64,000 nt of DNA from Malacoraja senta (taxonomy: Eukaryota), in assembly GCA_038087875.1 (NCBI GenBank), contig JAXLNO010002577.1:62001-126000 (forward strand), in the 5' to 3' direction. How positions within the stretch are numbered: the first letter of the stretch is position 1; each line of letters opens with the position of its first letter. The notes beneath the pieces were generated by a model, which did not search any database, was not told the DNA's origin, and worked only from the letters and a program-made list of their open reading frames with translations. Positions 52,972-64,000 of this stretch are shown piece after piece. The position numbers were made by a program, and so were the translations under genes.

Positions 52972-53160
52972 AGAGTGAGAACTGGTTGCCATACCATTGG
53001 TTTGATGGACTTTGGGGTACTATTGAACTGGTGGCCATACCTTTGGTTTTGTGGACTTTGGCGTACTGTGATACATTATGGCTCTATCATTCTGCTAATC
53101 ATTGCTCTAATGCTTGCGACCATTGTGTGTACCTACCGAGGACTGCGAATGTTACCATGT
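52972..53160 (+). pseudogene. Probable env transmembrane-subunit C-terminal relic
   Basis: NWLPYHWFDGLWG and hydrophobic ILLIIALMLATIVC immediately before the PPT. Confidence 0.55.
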
Positions 53161-53166
53161 TTGATC

Positions 53167-53178
53167 AAAACGAGGGAA
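53167..53178 (+). promoter_or_regulatory. Polypurine tract
   Basis: AAAACGAGGGAA abuts the TG of the 3' LTR. Confidence 0.7.
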
Positions 53179-53729
53179 TGAAAGAGCTAATAATCAAATC
53201 TAATATAGTTTACAAAATGGAATCATTCTTCAACAAAAGCATGGTCTAGTAGAACAAAACAATGGCTTGGTGTCAAGTCTGAATGTCTTTGCAAATTATA
53301 TGGAACACAATATGGAGGACAGGTTGTCTTTTTAATAAAGATATTAAGATTGAAACCTGCATAATAACATGTGCTTCTTTCACAGTCATAAAGAAGCCAA
53401 GATTGAAAAAAATAGCTGACACTCCAGAGATAAGTAATAACTTGTTTTTGGATGAGCTTGATTTGGACCCAGCTTTTCCTATATTCTGAAAGGCTATAGA
53501 ATCTTTCAGTCATGCCATATTCAGACTTGGTAGGAGTGTTTTACTGATAAGAAAAATGTATAATTGTGCTAACTTTCCTTTGTTCTGTGAGAGGAGCCCG
53601 AGAAGCACTGAGCAACATTAGTGATCATTGTAGATCTTGCTACTCCCGTCTGACGAATCAATTAAAGATTGCCATGGTTTACCTTTAACAATTTTTTGCT
53701 GTCTGCTTTGTAAGAGATGAACTTTGACA
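53179..53729 (+). repeat. 3' LTR (551 bp)
   Basis: TGAAAGAGC...TTTGACA followed by the AGGG TSD. Confidence 0.95.
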
Positions 53730-53992
53730 AGGGACTGAGGCTCCCGTTGCACTCCATCCCTCCCATCTTCCTCCAGGTTACCCAGTGAGCTGGTGCCCAT
53801 GATGGACTTCCGGTTGCAGGAGCGGGGAGTGAGAGCAGCGTGAAGGTGGCTTGAGCGGCGGGCCCGTCACTGGCGCATCGCGTGTGGGGGCCAAGGGCTC
53901 TGTGGTTCCTCGGCCTGTGAACTCCCACTTGTTTACCAACCCCCCCTCCCCCGTCCCCCTCCCTCCCTGCGATGCTGTGTTTCTTCCCTCAG

Positions 53993-54290
53993 GAGTCAAG
54001 AGTGTTTTATTGTCATATGTCCCAGATAGAACAATGAAATTCTTACTCGCATCAGCACAACAGAATATGTAAACATAGTACACTGTAAACAATATAATAA
54101 ACGAGAGTGAAAAAAAAGCTCAGTGTATATACACACATACTCGAAAATATATATATATGTGTATGTATACACATACGTACACACAAATAAAATAATAATA
54201 GTGCAATAATAGTCTATGTAATTCAGAACTTATTTAAGGTTGTAGTGTTTAGTTGCCGTATGGCTATAGGGAAGTAGCTATTCCTGAGCC
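53993..54290 (-). mobile_element. Rex1/Babar 3' tail fragment
   Basis: Reverse complement of the 37320-37560-type 3' UTR. Confidence 0.65.
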
Positions 54291-54410
54291 TGACTTCCTA
54301 GCCTTGGATTAAACATTACCACTGAACGGTTCACGTCTTGTATAAACACAGTTTAAAAATTAAACAATACAGCTCAACAATTAGTACAAAAGGGCAAGGT
54401 GTGTAAAACC

Positions 54411-54590
54411 CCTGTCTCACGGTGCGAGTTGACCCACGAGGTACTCCGAGTGAAAGACTCGTGGTTGTGTACGAGATTCCAAGTGTATGATCAAGAGTTT
54501 AACCAAGTTCCCACAGGTATGACTACGTTTGCCGTTAACTTGTCATTTCTGCGATGTTCCAAGTTCGTCTCCCGAGTTACCAAGTTACTC
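54411..54590 (+). mobile_element. Harbinger left-end fragment (same family as 49775)
   Basis: About 180 bp matching 49780-49955; no right TIR. Confidence 0.85.
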
Positions 54591-55319
54591 TTGAGCCAAA
54601 CGTGAATGAAGGTCTGTTTTAATAAGCAACAGTGTTATTGAAGAAGGGTCTCGACCCGAAACGTCGGATATCTCTTCTCTCCGTAGGTGCTGCCTCACCC
54701 ACTGAGTTTCTCCAGCATTTTTTGTCTGCCTTTGCATATTTACAAGCCTTGTTACCACCGTTTTTAAACAAAACAATATTCATGCTCAACATTATGTTTA
54801 TCCAAGTACATTCACTGTACTTCCTTTACTGTAATAGACGTTGGAACCTCCTGAGTTTGTGATGGGCGCTATTTAAATACAGGGATGTCTTTTCATTGCT
54901 GGACGTTTTTCCCTGTAACATATTTAATAGAATTTAAACTTTATAATTAAACTATTCGCATCCGCGTATAAAATCTGAATTAAGCCGAATCACTCATTGA
55001 ACTGGCAAACGTGACATGAAGGCCATAAAGACGGAAATGGCAGACACAGACGCAGAATATTTGTATCTGCATTGCATTTACGTGCAGTTCATTTGGACCA
55101 CAGTCTATGGCCCTTCCGCTGCAGGATATTGAAATGGGGACACCCGTCAGACAAGGGTAGGGATATCACCCCAAGGGGCACATAGCGACAAGAGAGTTTT
55201 GTTTAAATATAGATGGAAACACTCCTAAGTATGACACTATTGAATGTATAGACACTGATAATGCATTGCACTGTTTTTGTTTTGTGCACATTTCTTATTC
55301 TGAGTAAAGTTTATTTTTA

Positions 55320-56362
55320 TCCTGCTTCCTGTAAGGACTCCATCCCCTACTCCCAATTCCTCCGTCCACGCCGCATCTTCTCCCAGGATGAAACGTTCCA
55401 CACCAGGGCATCCGAAATGTCCTCATTCTTCAGGGAACGGGGGTTCCCCTCCTCCACCATAGATGAGGCTCGCACCAGGGTCTCTTCCATACCCCGCAAC
55501 ACTGCTCTCTCTCCCCATCCCCCCACTCGCAACAAGGGCAGAGTCCCCCTGGTCCTCACCTTTCACCCCACCAGCCATCACATACAACAAGTAATCCTCC
55601 GTCAGTTTCGCCACCTCCAACGTGACCCCACCACTCGCCACATCTTCCCATCTCCCCCCATGTCTGCCTTCTGCAAAGACTGCTCCCTCCGTAACTCCCT
55701 TGTCAATTCTTCCCTTCCCTCCCGTACCACCCCCTCCCCGGGCACTTTCCCTTGCAACCGCAAGAGATGCAACACTTGTCCCTTCACCTCCCCCCTCAAC
55801 TCCATTCAAGGACCCAAGCAGTCGTTCCAGGTGCAACAGAGGTTCACCTGCATCTCCTCCAACCTCATCTATTGCATCCGCTGCTCTAGATGTCAGCTGA
55901 TCTACATCGGTGAGACCAAGCGGAGGCTTGGCGATCGTTTCGCCGAACACCTCCGCTCGGTCCGCAATAACCAACCTGACCTCCCGGTGGCTCAGCACTT
56001 CAACTCCCCCTCCCATTCCGTATCCGACCTCTCTGTCCTGGGTCTCCTCCATGGCCAGAGCGAGCAACACCGGAAATTGGAGGAAATGCACCTCATATTC
56101 CGCTTGGGTAGTCTGCATCCTGGGGGCATGAACATTGAATTCTCCCAATTTTGCTAGCCCTTGCTGTCTCCTCCCGTTCCTCAACCCTCGGGCTGTCTCC
56201 TCCCATCCCTCAGCCCTCGGGCTCCTCCTCCGCTTTTTTCCTTTCTTCTCCCCACCTCCCATCAGTCTGAAGAAGGGTTTCGGCCCGAAACGTTGCCTAT
56301 TTCCTTCGCTCCATAGATGCTGCTGCACCCGCTGAGTTTCTCCAGAATTTTTGTGTACTCTC
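55320..56362 (+). mobile_element. Penelope-like element 3' part with GIY-YIG endonuclease and terminus
   Basis: Open frame with SIPYSQFLR, a CNRKRCNTC Zn linker, NLIYCIRC..YIGETKRRL..RFAEH and GMN; followed by the terminal repeat. Confidence 0.92.
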
Positions 56363-57289
56363 AAAACATTGTTCCTTTGGCTACAGTTTATAGTCTTTAA
56401 CTATTTATTTTTATAACTGTGGTCTAATGTATTAAACTATTGGTAAAAAATACCCCAAAGGAAATATGCAGGATTATGTCCATTTTTAACATCTGCTGGC
56501 ATAAAATATATTTACTACTCTACATATATTTATTTTTTAAAAGAGTGTATACAAGTTATATATTTTACAAATGTCACTCTTGCTGTACAATTTTGTTCGG
56601 AAATAATTAAAATAGCAAGTGAAATGTAGTTATATTGCCAGGGAATGGCTTAAAATTGCTTGCTAAATTTAGGTTAGCAATAAAATACAGCAACGATTCA
56701 AATAAATTATAGAAAAATGTGTTTATTATTTCATTATTGTCACGTGTACCGAGTGAAAAGCTTTTTGCATACTATCTTATCAGATGGATAGCATAGGTTT
56801 GGAAGGATATGGGCCATACGCTAGCATGTGGGGTGCCATGTTCGGCATGGAGAAATTGGACCAAAAAAGCTGTTTCCGTGTTGTATGACTGACTCTATGA
56901 GATCAAATAATATTATACTTAATTATAATGAAGTCAAACTCAAGTACGAATCGAAGTGCAGTATACAGAGTGCAGAATACAGTTCTCAGCATTGCACCGC
57001 ACCAGTTGCACAGGGAGTCCAAATGTCCGTAATCATGGAAGCTTTATTGTCATTCAGACCTTTTGGTCTGAAAGAAATTTTGTTGCCTTGCAGTCATACA
57101 TATAATAAAATAATGAGGCAGAGTTGAATTGGACAGTACCTTCGGTTATAGAAAGACCTTAAAGAAACCTGATAATAGAGGGAAAGAAGCTGTTCCCGAG
57201 GCTGGGAGTGCGCGCTTTCAAACTTCTGTACCGCCCGCCGGACGGGAACAAGAAGAAGAAGAAATGACCGGGATGGGACAAGTCTTTGA

Positions 57290-60200
57290 TTTTACTTCGG
57301 AGTCACGTTAATTTACTTCGGAAGCACGGACAGCGGGAGGACAGAGCTCCTCCCGTGATAAGTATTTTAGAGTAATTTTAAAGAGTTTTAAAGCTCCAGC
57401 TAAGTGAGAAACTTAGCTGGAGTAAAACAGCTTCCTTTACTGTGGTGCTGTGCTCTGTGTTTTGTCACAGGCAGCACCATGGTGAAGACGAGCAGGGGAG
57501 GACAGAGCTCCTCCTGTAATAAGTACTTTTAAAGTACTTTTATAGTTTTAAAGCTCCAGCTAAGTGAGAAACTTAGCTGGAGGGAAAGTTTCTATTTTAT
57601 GGTGCTCTGTGTTTTTTATTACAGGCAGCACCATGATGAAGACGACCAGGGGGGGGGCAGCCGCAGGTAAAACATAGGCGAGCCACGGGAATGCGGTCTG
57701 TGAGCGGCTGCCTCGTACCCCTGCACAGTCGCCGACTGGGAGCGGGGCGACTTCAGACTTAGTGCTAAAAAAAAAAGCACCAAAGCCAACGCCTGTCGGG
57801 CGTAAGGCACGGGGAAGTCTGGGAGGCCTTCGGACTCAACGGAGTCGGGCCACAACGAGCCTGTACGGGGCTGGAGACGTTTTAAAACGGTTCTCCCAAA
57901 TGGAGCACCTCATCCAGAGGTTGCTCCAGAAACACACACTCCGGGGGAGGAGTTGTGTGGGCGGTAGGCTGCAGAAAGGCCAGGCTGGCAGCACCTGGTA
58001 GAGGGCTGCTTAAAGCACCCTCATGCATGAGGTGAATGCAGAGGGTCAGCTAAGTTCTGACCCCGACTCTGACGGAGACTTGGAACTTAGCGAAGAACGG
58101 CCGTTGTCAGTGGTCCATTCTCTGGCAGCACGATTTGTTGTCCCGTCAGAGTATGGAGTGCCACTGGGAGAAGAGCTGGCCTCCACGATATAGAGGCTGC
58201 TGGATAGCACCCTCATTTAAAAGGAGCTTGCAGAGGGTCAGCTCAGTTCTGACCCGACTCTGACGGAGACTTTGTTGACTAGCGAAGAACGGCCGTTGTC
58301 AGAGGTCCATTCTCTGGCAGCACGATTCGATGTCCCGCCAGAGTATGGAGTGCCACTGGGAAAGCGAAGACGGCCGTTGTCAGAGTTCCCATCTCTGGCA
58401 GTACGATTCGCTATCCAGTCAGAGTCTGTAATCACCAAGAGACCGGGGTAACTGCGAGTTGCTGAAGGTGCCAGCAGTGAACCGGGTGATATGGAGCCAG
58501 ACGGGCGTGGGCATGCAGTGCCCAGGAGATGAAGCTGCAGAGAATCCTAAAATTACTTGGCTCAGGAATCACGGCGTTCGCGAGAACAGTGGATGGAGGG
58601 CATGTGTCGGAGACGCATCAAGAGGTACTAGGGTTGCTTTGTAGCACCCATTTTTGAGATAAATTGTCTCAGGGAAAGTGCCATTCGGCCCAACATTAAT
58701 TCCAAGATTGCAGTATTTTTCCAGCCTAGCAACATACAGCCGGCAAACCTACTCTTCAGAGAGGACCTCGCCAAGAGTGTCAAGGACATGGATGATGAGG
58801 CAAAGACGGTGGGCTTGATCAAGGCACCGGCAGTCGGCAAGTTTCCAAAAAAGAAAGTACCCCCACAAACGAAGCGGGAACATGGTCAAACATCCACCAG
58901 GTACCAAGGAGGTAGGTGGGCCTGGTTCTCAGGTACACATATCAAATGTGACACAACTTGGGGTACATTACATCTGTTTCTGGGGTGAATGGAAGCAAAT
59001 TACCTTAGCTCTGTTGATACAGAGTGTTATTCAAAGGTTTCGAATGGATTTCAATCCAAATTGTGATTTGCACATTCAACATGTTCTTGGGAGAACTATT
59101 CAGTTTTCATTAACAGAACAGATGGATGTTCAGACTGCGTTTGCAAGCTTATGTGATAAAGGTGTAATGGTAAAGTTGGTTCACCAGCCCCATCAATTTG
59201 TGTCTAATATTTTCCCAGGCGAAAAAAGGATGGGGGATATAGTATAGACATTGTAAGATGGAATTGTCACTGCCAAGCAACTGGGTCAAGAGGATGCTAT
59301 ATGGCAACTATAGACCTTAAAGATGCTCATTACTCAATGTCTGTTTATTTGCAGGATAAGGATATTTGAAATTCACCTGGATGGATCAACTATGACAACA
59401 AAATTGTTAAAACCTATAATAGACATGCTGAGAGGCCAGGGTCAAGTGCTCATGGCTTAGCTCGATGATATCTTGATTACAGGGGTATCCAAGAGAACAG
59501 CTGAAGTAACAGGTGATAGTTGTTAAATCCAATTTTCAAAGATTGGGCATTATACATCCAGAGGAATCCAAATTAACACCTGACTATTTGGGTCACAATT
59601 GATTCAATTAAGTGACTCTGCCCAGGGAAAAAAGGGTAGAGCTAATTGACAGGTGTATCAAGCTAATGGAGGCATTAAGGATACATTCGGGTCATTATAA
59701 TAGACCTATGCAGATATCAGTAAAGGCTATTTCTGATTTGCAATGGTGGATTCACCATGTGTCCAGAAGTTATAGCAAGGTAGTGCTTGACCAGCCTTCC
59801 ATGATTTTGCAGATGAATGTCAGTGCACTCTGGTGGGGTGTCACGGATACGAGTTTCAGCTGTGGAGGCAGATGGACTGAGCAAGAGGCATCGCTTCTGC
59901 AGACATGGGCAATTAACTATTAAGAGGCTTATTGCTCTAACAAATGTAATCTGCATGTTCAGTTTCAGATTGACAATAATACGCAAGTGCCATATATATA
60001 TTAATCACATCGGTGGAATCAAGTCGGTATTTTGTGACAGATTGGCTAATCACATTTGGGCCTGGTGCATTGAAAAAGATATTTCAGCTATTTATCTACC
60101 AGGTAGATTCTACATAGTAGCAGAAGCCAAGTCACGAAAGTTCCATGACAACATAGATTGGATGTTGAACCAGGAGGTGTTCAATAATATAGTACTTATA

Positions 60201-62055
60201 TATGAATGCCAGATATCGATTTGTTTTGCATCAAGGTTCAACCATCAATAGCCTAAATAGGTTTCATGGGAACCAGACCAGGTGGCAGTTGCAATTGATA
60301 CTTTGATGTTACATTGGGGTGGTATGTTTTATATATTTTCCTACCATTTTGCCTAATAGTTCGGAGTCTGCAAGAAATCAAGCACGATGCTGCTTTGGGG
60401 GTGCTTGTAATACCTAATTGGCCGAATCAAGCATGGTTCCCTTTGATGTTACAGTTAGGGATCCAACCTCTTTTTGGTGGTTCCCAAGCATAGGAATTGA
60501 CTGCAGCATCCGCTAACACGGGAAAGTCATCTGTTATGTGATGGTATTGACTTGTTAATTTGCAGGTTTTAAGAAGGCCATACCTGGAGCAAGTATTGTC
60601 TGGGTGAACGGTGGACATGCTCATTGTAGCCTGGAGAAAGAGTACTCAAAAGGGGTATATTACTTATGTAAAAAAAATATTTAAAAATGGGAGCAATATT
60701 GTGTACAAAATAATATTGACTATAGTACTGCAGGTATTGTGGATATTTTAGAGTTCCTGTTGACGCTCTACGATGATGAGGGGCTCAGTTATAGCACCAT
60801 TAATACAGCTTGAAATGCTTTGTCCTCATATGGTTTTGATGGGGTCAGGAAAGATCCTATTGGGTTTCATCATATCAGAGCTGGATTGATGAAAGGAATT
60901 TCAACTCTAAACCTCCTAAACCCAGGTATATGACGATCTGGGATGTAAGTGTGGTTCTCAAGATGCTTCGACAGTAGGTTCCTGTCATGTCTCTGACTTT
61001 GCCAAACTAATCTTGAAAGTGGTTATGCTCATGGCAATGGTTCAGCATAGCAAGTGCAGAGTTTGCAAAAGCTTTTGCTAGACAGGATGGAAGTTGCTGA
61101 AGAGAATGTTATGTTATATATTTGCGTCCTGCTCAAACAGAGCAGGCCAGGTGTCACAGGTTTGCTAAAATTGTGTTTCAGCATAATCTACTGATCCATG
61201 TTTATGTGTAATGGCACATTTATTTTCATTATATTGAAGCTATAAAGACCTTAAGAAATGTGGAAACAGCATTAGTTACATGTAGCCACATAGGAGAATG
61301 TCAGTGCAGACTATCTCAAGGTGGTTTAAAGCAAATGTTGATTCAGGCAGGTATTAACACTGAAGTGTATATATCCCTTTCCACTAGTGCAGCAGCAACG
61401 TCGTCGGCTAGGGCGATGGATGTTCACATCGGCCATATTCTTACAGGTGCCAGGTGGTCAAATGTATTGTTTTTTTTTAAATTTACTATCGGCTGATTGC
61501 CAATCTGCGAGAGGCTGTTTGCAAATTCAGGATTAAGTCCTGTTTAGTTTCCCCTGGGATAGAGGGGTTACTGGTTGTTTTGATTATTCAAATCAATTGT
61601 TACTGCATGATATTCACATTTCATGTTTAACACATTATTGATTGTTTCTCATCGAAAGTCAATCAATGCAGTGAGAAGCCGGGATTTGGATCTGCGGCAT
61701 AAAATCACAGAGCTTTGAACCCTTCACGTGGTCAGTAACGTGACTCCGAAGTAAAATAGTAAGATTAAACGTGAACTTACCAAGTTTGAAGTTTGATCTT
61801 TATTTTATGAGTTACGTTGGTGATTACGTGCCTGCCACGCCCAACCCTCTCTCATAAAAAAGGTCATATGGTAGTTCTCATGTTGCACATCTTAATATGT
61901 TACTTCAAATATTGTGTTATCTGTGATTTCATACCGCTGCTTTGAAGATTGACGCGCATGCGCCCTGACGGGTCTTCTTCACGTAATCACCAACGTAACT
62001 CATAAAATAAAGATCAAACATCAAACTTGGTAAGTTCTCGTTTAATCTTACTATT
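57290..62055 (+). mobile_element. DIRS1-like retrotransposon (near full length, decayed)
   Basis: Left end TTTTACTTCGGAGTCACG, ICR at 61722-61830, right ITR at 61950-62055. Relics of RT (IDLKDA, LDDIL), RNaseH (YINHIGG, YLPG), MT (FASRFNHQ, PNWPNQAWFP) and YR (STSAAATS..ILTGARWS). It splits a minus-strand Rex1 fragment (57170-57289 / 62056-62105). Confidence 0.9.
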
Positions 62056-62564
62056 ATATATGTTTTGAGGCAGCGTGGAGTAAATGGTGGGAGACCTGGT
62101 CTTTGTAAAATAATATATCCTATAAGATTTTTTTCTCATTTTGAGACATATAGTAAAAGACTGTGTTCTGATACTAACTATTAAATCCCTTAAACTTGCA
62201 AAATAACTGTTTATTAGTTCTGGCGAGGACAGCTGACCCTTTACTTGTGCAGTGACAAGGGGAGGGGTTCTCGTAATTAGCATAAGGAATGGAAATGAAA
62301 CGTTCACAATATAATCACCAGGCCCGTACGAAGCTTTTCAAAAAGGGGGGTGGCATGACAGGATTTGCAGAACCAGGGTTGGTTTACAGGGCAAGGCCAA
62401 CGAATGCCCTTGCATTAGTAGTAGTGGTAAATGGCAATATACATTCAGGAGCACCTGTTCCGTTGTTTTGCACAATCCGCAAGCATTGCCACTTTCATTT
62501 TACTGCACATCTTATATGTATATGTGACAAATAGACTTGACTTACCTTGACTTGACGACAAGTA

Positions 62565-62800
62565 ATTTCCTGTTGTTCACAAACAAGGCACAAGGTAGGC
62601 AAAAGACGGCATCCACGTGATCGCTATATACAAGCCAGGGATATGCTCGAAACCAGTCAGGGTTAAATATTCGCCAGTATCCATTCTTATACAAGGCACC
62701 ATATTTGTATGTTGGACCCAGTTTAAAGTGATTCTGTATGAGGTACAGCTTCTGAGAGGTTGGCAATAGCTTTAGCAGCTTCTTCATTGGTTGTGGTAGA
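62565..62800 (-). pseudogene. hAT/ZMYM1-like TTF-type zinc finger relic
   Basis: RIFNPDWFRAYPWLVYSDHVDAVFCLPCALF. Confidence 0.7.
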
Positions 62801-63124
62801 ATTAAGGAGAACTGGACCAAGTGCAGACCCGTTCGGTCTGTTCGCCCAACGTGCGGTTGTGGGGGGGGGGCATGTGGCGTCACACACATTAACCACCCCC
62901 ACACACTAACTACCCCCCCCCCCCCGCACATGCGCTAACTACCCCCCTTGTCAATATATTAATGTTATTAATTTTCTCCTCCTGGAGCGGACGGACGTGG
63001 GAGTCCAGCTGCGGGAGGCATGGCGCGAGCGTACTTGAGCGGGGGGTGGGGCCAGGAGCCAGGTGGGCCTCGATTGGTGGGCATGTGGGTCAGTAAAACA
63101 CCGAGTCCAGCACTGGATCAACTA

Positions 63125-63255
63125 AAGGGCCTGTCCCACTGCGGGGACCTAATTTGCGAGTTTAGAAGCATTTGCACTCGACTCAAACTTGCAGCATGGT
63201 CGACACATGGTCCTAGGAGGTCTATGTAACTCTCCTTCATGCTTGAGAGAAGTTC
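63125..63255 (+). mobile_element. Harbinger-type terminal fragment
   Basis: AAGGGCCTGTCCCACTG resembles the 49775 TIR. Confidence 0.45.
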
Positions 63256-63314
63256 GAGCAAGAATGTCATTGTCCTATCTGGGACACATGACAATAAACT
63301 CTCTTGAATCTTGA

Positions 63315-63752
63315 TTAGATTATAGCTATTGACAGTTCCCAAACCCAATCACAAAATTCACCATTACATTGTTTCTACAGAAAGTTTTAGCAGGAAGACA
63401 GTTTACAAAAGAATAGAAACATTTCTCCAGGTAGTATAAACAATTTGAACAAGGCTTCACACTTCACAAGATAACAGCACAAGCACTACAACATAATTAA
63501 CAGTACTTTACAACACCCCCCTATCTGACCTAATCATGCATATGCAACACCTCTTAGCTCTTCTACAAAACCCTCATACATATAAACAAAAGGAGAGACA
63601 TTTGGACCTCGCCTTATCCTCAACTTCCATCTAGGGTCCAGACTCCTTGGAGCGTGACTCAGCTTGCATCCTTCCACAGAACGTGGACAAACAGGCTTTG
63701 CAAATACAGAGATTCTCCATTTTGTGACATATTTTATTTGGCCAATATTATC
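63315..63752 (-). mobile_element. Partial solo LTR, family A
   Basis: Homologous to 10760-11200 and to the reverse complement of 22574-23020. Confidence 0.75.
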
Positions 63753-64000
63753 ATTAACAGGACTCTTATAAGACATGACATGTATTCAAAAAATATTTTA
63801 CTGATAGGTTGCATATATGTGAAGTTTTCACAATTCTTGAAAGAACTCATGATATAGAATCATAAAACGTTTGTTTTTACTGCACCAAGGAGATCTTCCA
63901 ACTCCATCTTCTGCCTAGCTTCCACAGCAGCAACATCATCAAATTATATTAAAAATATGCTGCAAAAAGAGTCACAAACTTTGGAATTCATATTTTTCAG

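Larger units (their letters stand above)
44915..53729 (+). mobile_element. Endogenous retrovirus-like provirus (gamma/epsilon-like), defective, carrying host cDNAs
   Basis: Direct LTRs, AGGG TSD (44911-14, 53730-33), PBS, PPT, and integrase and env relics. Confidence 0.93.

Noticed and set aside
55423-56364. 313-aa minus-strand ORF
   Set aside because: Antisense shadow of the Penelope GIY-YIG frame.
63985-64000. Splice acceptor at the window end (TTTTTCAG)
   Set aside because: No downstream sequence is available to test it.

Overview
This is AT-rich, repeat-dense vertebrate DNA. The repeat families (V-SINE/HE1-like SINEs, CR1, Rex1/Babar, Penelope, DIRS) point to a cartilaginous fish, probably a skate or ray; that is an inference. 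I found no intact host gene. The window holds three decayed DIRS1-type tyrosine-recombinase retroelements, a Buster/Charlie-type hAT transposon with a nested non-autonomous element, Penelope fragments, several solo LTRs, many LINE/SINE fragments and a CNE-like unique stretch. The main feature is an 8.8-kb endogenous retrovirus-like element (44915-53729) with paired TG..CA LTRs, an AGGG target-site duplication, a tRNA-Ser primer site, a polypurine tract and gag/integrase/env relics. Its env region is replaced by nested, intronless host cDNAs. A thrombospondin-2-like cDNA is split by a CRACR2A-like cDNA, which is split by a circularly permuted ZNF276 cDNA, which is split by a Harbinger transposon. 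Protein identities are recognised from memory of human sequences and need confirmation by search.
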